From a virus: a DNA stretch of 64,000 nucleotides. Positions 56,871-64,000 of this stretch are shown here, piece after piece (position 1 is the stretch's first letter; each line of letters starts with the position of its first letter). Position numbers and translations under genes: made by a program. Where the stretch lies: IMG/VR virus record IMGVR_UViG_3300002026_000001, positions 1-64,000 of that record; one strand, written 5' to 3'. The notes below the pieces were generated by a model that was given only the letters and a program-made list of their open reading frames with translations, was not told the DNA's origin and did no database searches.

Positions 56871-57516
56871 GTGGCAACTCCACTTCAAATGGCTGTTCGT
56901 CATTGATCGTAATGCTCATGAGTGGTCCGCGTCCGTTGACTGCGCTTACGTCACGGAAGAAACCAATCTGTGCGTGCATAACGAATTGTACATTCACGTC
57001 ACTAGCTCCGGGTGTTTGAGGACTCTGCTCTTCTTGAATGTTGACCGTCGCATCCGTCGGAATCTCCATGCGGACTGCAAACGTAAACATATCGCCAACA
57101 TCAATCTGAAACGTGAGGCCGTCTGTAACACTCAGAATCACGAGTGATTGCGCCATGTTGAGTAAGCGTTTTTGATCGCTGTCAACGTAGTGGAATTCGA
57201 GTCCCAACGTGATCGGGAACAGGTAACCCTTCTTACTTGTTGCTCTGTCAACTGATGGAAGACGCACGCCGTGCTTACGAACTGCGTAGTTGTTCTGCTG
57301 GTCTTTCATACCGGACAGTGCTTGCAGCAGGAAATACGAATATGGGAATTCCATCTTCTGCTTTTCACGTGCGCGCCGGACCATTTCCTGCTTGGTTGTT
57401 TCCGACAGTGAGAAGATGACGCTCTTAATGTCCAGTTCCCGTTCAAGCACAACACGCACTCCATGTAGCGCCATGTACAACATGTTCTCTTTTGCAAGCT
57501 CGGACAATAAGGACAT
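56842..57516 (-). CDS. Putative neck/tail-completion protein
   Basis: Position between capsid and sheath genes; likely start MSLLSEL after gggag. Confidence 0.4.
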   Translation of the reverse strand: MSLLSELAKENMLYMALHGVRVVLERELDIKSVIFSLSETTKQEMVRRAREKQKMEFPYSYFLLQALSGMKDQQNNYAVRKHGVRLPSVDRATSKKGYLFPITLGLEFHYVDSDQKRLLNMAQSLVILSVTDGLTFQIDVGDMFTFAVRMEIPTDATVNIQEEQSPQTPGASDVNVQFVMHAQIGFFRDVSAVNGRGPLMSITINDEQPFEVELPHEHTETSSL

Positions 57517-57531
57517 AGACTCTCCCAAAGT

Positions 57532-57569
57532 AAAAAGCCCCGCCCTTCTTTGCAAAAAGGCAGGGCTTT
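57532..57569 (-). terminator. Putative intrinsic terminator
   Basis: On the - strand aaagccctgcc...ggcggggctttt, then tta. Confidence 0.6.
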
Positions 57570-57586
57570 GTGTTTTGCTTGATAGA

Positions 57587-58237
57587 TCAGTCTTTCATTA
57601 CAACTGGAGACTTCACTTCAGTGTTCTTGATCCTGACGCTGGAGAACGAGACAGGAACGAGTTCTTGGCCGGGGTAATCGGGATCGAGACCGAGGTCTTG
57701 ATGTTCATCCTCATCACCATCTTCGTCGTCTTCGTCATCACCTTCATATGCGGTGTCTTCAGACGCCAGTGCTTGCATGCTTGCCGAAAGGATTTTTCCG
57801 ATTTGGAACAGTGACGTTGTCTTACGGCGCGTAATGCTTGATACCGAAATCGTGTCGGGTTCGCCACCGTCTTCAGTACCCCAATCATCTTCGCCAGAGC
57901 TTGTTGAATCAACTGCTTGGTCACGACCGGGCGTTGCTGCAAGTTCTGCATCAGGGCCGGTTTCACTAACCTTGCCGTCCTTCGGATCGTTTTCGACGTC
58001 TGTTTGTTCAACGTCAGCTTCTTCACCGTCTTCAACCAGACCGTCTTTGGTCACGGCGTTAGCATCGGGATTAACTTCGCCGTCGAGACGAATCTCTCCG
58101 GGTTCAGTTGTCAGTTCAGCGATCAATGCGTCAGCGCCCTCTGCACCACTTGCTTGTGCAAACAGAACACCAGCGTCTTCGTATTGCTTTGCCTTGAATG
58201 CGGTCATTGCAAGGGCTAGAAACTTTTTCGCGCTCAT
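57587..58237 (-). CDS. Acidic hypothetical (head-associated?) protein
   Basis: Helical N-terminus followed by Asp/Glu-rich disordered segments; RBS ggag. Confidence 0.55.
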   Translation of the reverse strand: MSAKKFLALAMTAFKAKQYEDAGVLFAQASGAEGADALIAELTTEPGEIRLDGEVNPDANAVTKDGLVEDGEEADVEQTDVENDPKDGKVSETGPDAELAATPGRDQAVDSTSSGEDDWGTEDGGEPDTISVSSITRRKTTSLFQIGKILSASMQALASEDTAYEGDDEDDEDGDEDEHQDLGLDPDYPGQELVPVSFSSVRIKNTEVKSPVVMKD

Positions 58238-58300
58238 GTTTGTACTCCGTGTTAGATTTCTCAGATAAGACTACACACGTACATCGTATACTCTTATGTG

Positions 58301-58335
58301 AGAAAGACCGCCACCAATCGAAACTGGTGGCGGCC
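58301..58335 (-). terminator. Intrinsic terminator after the major capsid gene
   Basis: ggccgccacca/tggtggcggtc stem followed by tttct on the - strand. Confidence 0.75.
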
Positions 58336-58374
58336 ATTCAACATCACACCGATGCAACGATGTTTAGTACAAGC

Positions 58375-59469
58375 TTAGATACGCTTGCCCTTGGAGACCG
58401 AACGCGGGTTCGCAAGAACCATCGAGATCACTTCGGACAGCAGCCAGCCGCGTGACGTGTTGCCGGAATCAGCACCAGTCGTCGGTTCGCTACGAACACC
58501 GCCACGGTCACTGAAGCAGCCGTGATGTTCCGGTGTCGACACAACGTAGATTTCGCCGCGATTCAGAACCTTCTGGTTCGGTTGGCGGAAGCCGTCCGTC
58601 AGCAGGGTCAGGCCGACCAGCGTACCGAGTTGACCGTTCATGACCAAGTCGTACTTGGTGACGGGGTCAAGGAACGAAGCGAAGTCGTTGTTGCCGACAA
58701 TGTCTGACCAGAAGTCATTGGAAATCAGCGCGGTGGTGGCCGGGAGATTCCAGTCGGTGATGCCTTGGCGAATTGTTGCGAGGATTTGCGGTGTCAGTTG
58801 ACCACCGATGTAGTTCAGCGGATTCACGACGCCGACGGTCATGTCAGCGGCTTGTTTCCACAGCTTGTCTTCAGCAACCATGACGCTGTCGAGACCCTGA
58901 TTGTACAGGTTGTCAAGAACGTCGCCGCCGACTTGTTCCATTTCCAGACGGTCAACACGCAGGTTCGCCACGACTTCAAATTCAGCCGGGTAGAATTGCT
59001 TGTTGCGGATCATCTGGTATTGGACGTTGGCCGGGCCGGTTGCAACAACCGACATTGCATCCCACATCGGAACGTTGACGCGCGGCAGTTCGCCTTGCTT
59101 CAGGTTTTGACCGAGCATGATGCGACGCAGGAAACCTTCGCGGTTGCGTTGTTCCTGAATCTGCACGGCCAGATCAGCACCGAGGCTGGACCACTTGGCC
59201 GGATCAGCGTAAGCAGCGACAACAACTTCGCGACGTTCTTGAGCGAGTTGCTGTGACTGTTCGGCTGACAGAGATTGTTGGACGATTGCGCCTGACGACA
59301 TCGAATCAAACATCGTCGTGATGGCACGAATCAGTTCTTTCTTGTCGTTGGCGTTGAACTCGCCGTTGGATTCTGACAGAAGGCGCAGGTTGGAACCGGG
59401 CGCACGAAGGTCAGTGATAGGTGCGCCCGAAGCAAGGACTACTTGAGCGGCGGCATAAGGGTTCTTCAT
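58375..59469 (-). CDS. Major capsid protein (HK97 fold)
   Basis: 364 aa with the strongest codon bias in the window and its own terminator; follows protease/scaffold genes; P.EF...A...V...E.EQ..GD.L...Y.QG......ED motif. Confidence 0.8.
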   Translation of the reverse strand: MKNPYAAAQVVLASGAPITDLRAPGSNLRLLSESNGEFNANDKKELIRAITTMFDSMSSGAIVQQSLSAEQSQQLAQERREVVVAAYADPAKWSSLGADLAVQIQEQRNREGFLRRIMLGQNLKQGELPRVNVPMWDAMSVVATGPANVQYQMIRNKQFYPAEFEVVANLRVDRLEMEQVGGDVLDNLYNQGLDSVMVAEDKLWKQAADMTVGVVNPLNYIGGQLTPQILATIRQGITDWNLPATTALISNDFWSDIVGNNDFASFLDPVTKYDLVMNGQLGTLVGLTLLTDGFRQPNQKVLNRGEIYVVSTPEHHGCFSDRGGVRSEPTTGADSGNTSRGWLLSEVISMVLANPRSVSKGKRI

Positions 59470-59507
59470 AACTCAAACTCCTGATTATCTGTGTGAAAAA
59501 TTGCTGA

Positions 59508-60188
59508 TTAACCGACGTTCAGTTCGAGAACGAGGAACGGGTTGCCTGAGTTCGGGCTGTTCTTGACAACAACACCGACGAGGCCGGTGGCTGCGTCAGC
59601 AGGAACGAAAACGCCGCCGTCTTTCAGTTTTGCGTAGGTGGCAGTCGACCAGTCAGCCGAAGCATCGAAGAACGACGTACCAACTTCACCTTGCTTGACA
59701 CAAGCGAGAGTGCCGAGTGCATTTGCGGCCAGACCACCGTAAGGCGCGTCACCGATGATGGTGCGTGCTTCGGCAACCGACAGCGCGTACATGTATTGGA
59801 ACACAACCTTGTGACCAACAGTAGCGGCGTTCAGTGCGTACTCGTTACCGGTGATTTGAACTTCACCAGCGGCGGGTGCAGCAACAACGATGTCTTGCTT
59901 GACGCCGTCGACCGTGACCAGAAGTTGGCCGGTGATCGGAGTGCGTGTCAGCTTGCCGGTAGCTGAAGCGGAAACAACACCTTCTTCAACAATCGGGTAA
60001 AACGCCGGAGGCATGTTACGGGCCATTGCAATACCGGCGAAACGACCACCAGCCTTGCCGATTTGGATTTTGGTTTCGCCGTCGACCTTGATGAAGGTCA
60101 TTGCGACGCCCTCTTCTTGAATGGCTACGCCGGGAGCGAGATTCTCGAAGAGTGACTTGTACAGACGAGTATTACGAAGTTGCAGCAT
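59508..60188 (-). CDS. Putative head decoration/structural protein
   Basis: Directly upstream of the capsid gene; strong codon bias; RBS aggag. Confidence 0.55.
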   Translation of the reverse strand: MLQLRNTRLYKSLFENLAPGVAIQEEGVAMTFIKVDGETKIQIGKAGGRFAGIAMARNMPPAFYPIVEEGVVSASATGKLTRTPITGQLLVTVDGVKQDIVVAAPAAGEVQITGNEYALNAATVGHKVVFQYMYALSVAEARTIIGDAPYGGLAANALGTLACVKQGEVGTSFFDASADWSTATYAKLKDGGVFVPADAATGLVGVVVKNSPNSGNPFLVLELNVG

Positions 60189-60213
60189 GGTTTAAACTCC
60201 TAAAAAATTGCTC

Positions 60214-62046
60214 TTACCGAATGCGACGGCCGAGAGATTGTACAGCACGTTTTTGATCTGGACCAGCAACTACTGTTGCGGCTGGTGCCGGTTGGGCTGA
60301 CGATGTCGAAGTGCCAAGTGTTTCAAGGCGGGATTCGATACTGTCATCTTGAGCAGCACCACTAATTGCTTGGTACGTAGTGCCTAGAACTGCTTTTGCC
60401 AAACTCTCTTGCACTTCCTTCGGCTTTGAAGCAATATCTGAAGCCTGTGCAAAGAGTGCTTTGTGGTACGCGTCGGAATGATTCTTGAACGTCGCGTCAA
60501 TCAAAGCTTCCGGTGAACGAATACCGGCGCTGTTCATTGAAGCCCACAAAGATGCCTTAATCGGGTTTTCAACACCAGTGAAGAAACCGCGATTGATACC
60601 GATTGCAGCCGTTGCCAAGGCAGCCATGAAGCTTTCCTTGAACTCTGCTTGATCGGCAGAAATGCTTGTGCGTTGTGATTCAACTTCTTTGTCAACCATG
60701 CGACGCACTTCGGCGGATACCGAAACTTTGTGCTTGATCGGCGTGAAGCCAAGTTCGTTCAACGACTTCTTGATACCGGCAACCTTGGCAGTGGCCAGAA
60801 CTGCTTGACCAAACTTCGGCGTGTCAAAGATGTCGGCGTTCTTGCCAGCACTTGACTTGCTTGCCATTGCAACCGGAACGCCCTTGAAGTATGCGGTCCA
60901 TGCAGCCTTGCCAGCAACACTTGACGAGTATGAAACGTCCAGATCGGCAGAGTCGGATTCTTCACCAACATCAGCGTCAGCGTCGAGTTCTTCAGTGTCT
61001 TCTTCCAGCACGTTGCCGGAATCTTCATCGGTCAAACTCAGCGTGTTGTCATCTTCGCCCATGCCGTCACCCTCGTCAGATTCAGGTTCTTCAACTGAAG
61101 AGTGGCAAGCCGGGCATTCCGTGATTTCTTGCGTCGACACGATGTGCGCAGCGCAGTCACTTGAAGCGCAAAGCATGTAGTGTGCGTCGATGTTGCCTGA
61201 CGACAGTGATGTTTGCGGAAGATGTTCACGCATCAGTTGCGTTGCTTTGCTGAGTGAGTCGGCGGCGATTACAACTTCACCGTCATCGTCGTCCATTTCG
61301 GGAAGCGGCTCTTCATCTTCAGCATCACCGGCGTCATCACCAGCTTCGTCACTTTCGCCTTCGGCGTCAGCGTCATCACCAGCGGAGTCGTCACCAGCGT
61401 CATCACCAGCTTCTTCATCGTCAGCAGCATCGTCACCCTCTTCAGAGTCACCAGCAACATCTTCGTCACCGGCGTCTTCTTCAGCGCCAGCTTCTTCGTC
61501 GTCACCTTCATCAGCCGAATCAGACTCTTCGTCGCCGAGGCCGTCGTCTTCGTCAATGTCGCCGTCGTCTTCACCGAGGTCATCGCTGTCATCATCAGAG
61601 TCGTCGCCAGATTCGGCTTCAAACTCGTCACCGGTTTCGGCGCTGTCTTCAGGACCGTCGACCAAGTCTTCGTCATCTTCCGACGCGTCAGACAAACTCG
61701 ATGTGCAGTTGGGGCAGAACTTCACCAATGTTTCGCTGTCGAAGACAACGTGGGTTCCGCAACCGGACGTGCAAACCAAATGATTCACTTCAACGTCGCC
61801 GCTGGAGTTCGATTGGAACTCAAGCTTCGCGCAAAGTGCCGCATCTGTTTCAAGGTCCATGTTACCGGACATGGGATTGAACATCCCGTCGGCAGAACTG
61901 GCATGGGTAACGAAAGCGATGTCACGCTCACCGTCAACCTGTACGGCGGCACCTTTACCCATAGCAAGCAAACGATAATTGTTCACTGCCGAAGCTTTGG
62001 TGCGACCAACAGCCAGAATACCGTGAAACTTTGTCTTTTTAGACAT
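60214..62046 (-). CDS. Putative scaffold/prohead core protein with two Zn-ribbon motifs and a long acidic tract
   Basis: C...CGTH...FCPNC and C...CAAH...ECPAC motifs; about 200 aa Asp/Glu-rich region. Confidence 0.6.
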   Translation of the reverse strand: MSKKTKFHGILAVGRTKASAVNNYRLLAMGKGAAVQVDGERDIAFVTHASSADGMFNPMSGNMDLETDAALCAKLEFQSNSSGDVEVNHLVCTSGCGTHVVFDSETLVKFCPNCTSSLSDASEDDEDLVDGPEDSAETGDEFEAESGDDSDDDSDDLGEDDGDIDEDDGLGDEESDSADEGDDEEAGAEEDAGDEDVAGDSEEGDDAADDEEAGDDAGDDSAGDDADAEGESDEAGDDAGDAEDEEPLPEMDDDDGEVVIAADSLSKATQLMREHLPQTSLSSGNIDAHYMLCASSDCAAHIVSTQEITECPACHSSVEEPESDEGDGMGEDDNTLSLTDEDSGNVLEEDTEELDADADVGEESDSADLDVSYSSSVAGKAAWTAYFKGVPVAMASKSSAGKNADIFDTPKFGQAVLATAKVAGIKKSLNELGFTPIKHKVSVSAEVRRMVDKEVESQRTSISADQAEFKESFMAALATAAIGINRGFFTGVENPIKASLWASMNSAGIRSPEALIDATFKNHSDAYHKALFAQASDIASKPKEVQESLAKAVLGTTYQAISGAAQDDSIESRLETLGTSTSSAQPAPAATVVAGPDQKRAVQSLGRRIR

Positions 62047-62096
62047 AAATCAGGCTCCTGTTTGTTGAACATATATTGTGCTGCTACAACGGAATC

Positions 62097-62103
62097 AAAT
62101 TAT
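62097..62103 (-). promoter_or_regulatory. Putative late promoter motif ATAATTT
   Basis: Intergenic, upstream of the scaffold-head-capsid genes. Confidence 0.4.
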
Positions 62104-62128
62104 GGTGTGCAGAATGCTTTTACATCCG

Positions 62129-62617
62129 TCACTTCAAAGATGATTCTATCTTTTGTAAGACGTCCGGTCTTGCAACCAACGTCTTTAAACCGGGATGTAA
62201 TGGGTGCGGCCACTTACCTTTCGCCGTCCACACAAACCCTTGTGTCTCCCAGTTAAGCGTCGGCACAAACTCGTCATCCACAACAGCAAGATAATTGTGG
62301 TATTTAAAACCTGACGGGTGTGCAAACACATACAAAGGAATCAAATCAAAGTGACCTGAGTAACCGGCCTCTTCTACAACTTCACGAATCACACCTTGCT
62401 TCGGTGTTTCACCGGGATCAATTGCACCGCCCCATGTTCCCCAAGTGTGAGGTTCAAGAACGTGCTCACTGCGATGTGCAATTAACAAACGACGTGTAGC
62501 ACGTGCTAGAAATAAGCAACCTGCTGCTTGTCGTCCCCAAAATCCTGTTTCTTCCAACGCGACGCCATGCTCGTTGTCCGAATTTGACATACTTATCGTA
62601 ATTCTCATGGTGCGCAA
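62129..62617 (-). CDS. Nudix hydrolase
   Basis: Complete Nudix box G-AIDPG-E-TPKQGVI-RE-VV-EE-A-G. Confidence 0.9.
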   Translation of the reverse strand: MRTMRITISMSNSDNEHGVALEETGFWGRQAAGCLFLARATRRLLIAHRSEHVLEPHTWGTWGGAIDPGETPKQGVIREVVEEAGYSGHFDLIPLYVFAHPSGFKYHNYLAVVDDEFVPTLNWETQGFVWTAKGKWPHPLHPGLKTLVARPDVLQKIESSLK

Positions 62618-62637
62618 CTCCGGTCTTACAAGAGATT

Positions 62638-62644
62638 AAATTAG
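62638..62644 (-). promoter_or_regulatory. Putative late promoter motif CTAATTT
   Basis: Intergenic, upstream of the Nudix gene. Confidence 0.4.
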
Positions 62645-62683
62645 ATCGTGCAACTTTTTACGACAGTGCACAAATCGCCAATT

Positions 62684-62932
62684 TCACTTCTTTGTCAAAA
62701 TGTCGACAGCGTCAGTGATATGACTATGTCGCCGTTTCTCAGGTTCAAGCAATACACGACGTGCAACATTAACCGGGACACCACGTGTGATTAAGAAGTA
62801 GTAGGCTTTCAAATAGCCGCCAACTTCGCACATGATAATTCCCTATTCGACCAACTCGAACATTTCGATATTGACGCGCCGATCTTCTTCGCTCTCGACA
62901 AATCCGTCTTCAGTGTTCACAGCAATCTCCAT
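62684..62932 (-). pseudogene. Small protein interrupted by an in-frame TAG (62845-62843); paralogue of 63284-63550
   Basis: MEIAVNTEDGFVESEEDRRVNIEMFELVE*GIIMCEVGGYLKAYYFLITRGVPVNVARRVLLEPEKRR...; ungapped alignment to the paralogue runs across the stop. Missing from the ORF track. Confidence 0.6.
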
Positions 62933-63318
62933 CAAACTCTTGTCCGTCTTCGGTCATTGTCACGCGCAGAAGCCCGACGTTCGCGCTCTTTGACGCGCCG
63001 ATTCCGACGAACGGTTGAACGCATGAACAGCCAGATTGCACCAAACACGGCAAGTGCAAGTGTGCCAAATATCATGCACAACACAGGCATTGGTGCACAC
63101 TGCTCATCGTCAAACGTCTTGATGAAACCCTCGAATCCAAACATTGAGTACCAAGGGTATTTCAAATCACTCGGCGGGACATAGTGCGTCAACGCATTTG
63201 TTGTGCGGTCGTAGTGGAGAACATGTGGCATGCACCAATGTGTCGATTTACGAAATTGAATGTATCCACCTTGTTCGTTCCACTTATCCAGTGCGTAGTA
63301 AAGGCATTGTATTTTCAC
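62932..63318 (-). CDS. Hypothetical membrane protein
   Basis: Likely GTG start MKIQCLYYALDKW; GGY..FRKS.H...PH.LH motif; one transmembrane helix; Arg-rich tail. Confidence 0.55.
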   Translation of the reverse strand: MKIQCLYYALDKWNEQGGYIQFRKSTHWCMPHVLHYDRTTNALTHYVPPSDLKYPWYSMFGFEGFIKTFDDEQCAPMPVLCMIFGTLALAVFGAIWLFMRSTVRRNRRVKERERRASARDNDRRRTRV

Positions 63319-63550
63319 TAGCTTTCGACTCCGGTTCCTGTTTAGCATCGCCAACCCAAGCAACGACTGTGCGACGTTGTTCAGGGTGGTCAAGCACGCG
63401 CTTTGCAGTTTCACGGTTGATGTTGTGCTTTAGCAGGAAGGCAAATGCAGAATTGTAATCTTGCTCACGCAAAATACGCAGACCTGATTCTACAATGAAC
63501 CAACTCCAGTGGTCTGAGCGTTGGTCATTACGCTGAAGTTGGCTGTCCAT
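63284..63550 (-). CDS. Small hypothetical protein
   Basis: MDSQLQRNDQRSDHWSWFIVESGLRILREQDYNSAFAFLLKHNINRETAKRVLDHPEQRR...; starts 10 nt after the protease stop. Confidence 0.6.
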   Translation of the reverse strand: MDSQLQRNDQRSDHWSWFIVESGLRILREQDYNSAFAFLLKHNINRETAKRVLDHPEQRRTVVAWVGDAKQEPESKASENTMPLLRTG

Positions 63551-63560
63551 AAACAGTGGC

Positions 63561-64000
63561 TCAGAATGAACGAGCGTCGTAAACCGTTGGGCCGATTGCG
63601 CTAACAAACGCAGGTGTGTTGACACTTGAGCATTCAAACCCGATCCCATCTTCACACCAGCGGTGTGCAAGAACACCGTTCGGCATTTGGTATGTCGGCT
63701 TGCCCATTTGCGTGTGCGAACACGGACTAAGGTTGATACCACGACCGACGCGAGTCCCGCAGACAGAGCACGAGTAACTCTTGTAATAGAAGCCGACGCT
63801 GTAAGCGTTGTTCTCATTGCGCAGAATCGACTCTGCAAGTGCACTGTCTTTGGTGCGGTCATACGCAAGCAGCAACACGATCTTGTAAAACTTGTTGTTG
63901 AACGGGACCGGACGCAAGAACGAATCAAGGATCACACCTTTCGCTTGCGTGATGTCTTTGTTCTGATGTTCGACGTGTGTCGGCTTTCCCTTAAACGTCT
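63561..64000 (-). CDS. Prohead maturation protease (5' truncated by window edge)
   Basis: TFKGKPTHVEHQNKD...KGVILD (His), YSVG (Ser), CSVCG...CSH Zn insert and FECSSVNTPAF motif; upstream of the head genes. Confidence 0.7.
   Translation of the reverse strand, partial: TFKGKPTHVEHQNKDITQAKGVILDSFLRPVPFNNKFYKIVLLLAYDRTKDSALAESILRNENNAYSVGFYYKSYSCSVCGTRVGRGINLSPCSHTQMGKPTYQMPNGVLAHRWCEDGIGFECSSVNTPAFVSAIGPTVYDARSF

Noticed and set aside
61190-61880. Ser-rich and Arg/His-rich + strand ORFs (61190-61783, 61254-61880)
   Set aside because: Antisense shadows of the low-complexity acidic tract; no RBS.
63284-63928. 214-aa ORF-track call spanning the protease gene
   Set aside because: Its 5' part overlaps the protease in another frame; only the portion from the ATG at 63550 is supported by paralogy.
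1-64000. Genome-wide TAG recoding (genetic code 15) suggested by the amber at 62843
   Set aside because: TAG is a genuine stop elsewhere: 12939 (paralogues end at the same IPA), 17848, 42326, 43816, 49904 and 52790. Long genes show no TAG fragmentation.
1-64000. tRNA, rRNA, intron or intein
   Set aside because: No cloverleaf/T-loop signature in the short intergenic gaps, no split core genes and no intein splice motifs were recognised by eye; a covariance-model search was not possible.

Overview
64 kb of a large (jumbo-type) contractile-tailed phage genome, covering almost all of its virion morphogenesis region. There are no tRNA/rRNA genes, CRISPR arrays or reverse transcriptase. Two transcription blocks converge on a bidirectional terminator at 30223-30262. 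The + strand block (1-30211) is a roughly 30 kb set of fibre/appendage genes (coiled-coil repeats, beta-propeller, SPRY, LamG, discoidin, FN3 and C1q-like modules, and three paralogues ending in -IPA). It also holds a lysis cassette (two spanins, holin, SLT endolysin), a stand-alone HDOD protein and a permuted papain-like amidase. The - strand block (64000 to 30267) is the core head-tail cluster: prohead protease, small accessory genes, Nudix, scaffold-like protein, major capsid protein, sheath, two tube proteins, tail chaperone, tape-measure/lysin, baseplate (gp48/54-, gp53-, gp27-, gp5-, PAAR-, gp25-, gp6/J-like) and fibres, interrupted by two free-standing endonuclease genes. Highlights: an Acb2-like (anti-CBASS sponge) gene coupled between sheath and tube that has no tyrosine at all; a U32-family Fe-S enzyme with two unknown partners among the fibre genes; an unannotated -1 frameshift at the tail chaperone; an amber-split paralogue pair; and a GIY-YIG gene that repeats the first 11 bp of the PAAR gene. 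All family assignments come from motif recognition by eye, not database searches. Resemblance to the Lu11/PaBG/phiRSL1/Y3-type jumbo myoviruses and a proteobacterial host are recollection-level inferences.
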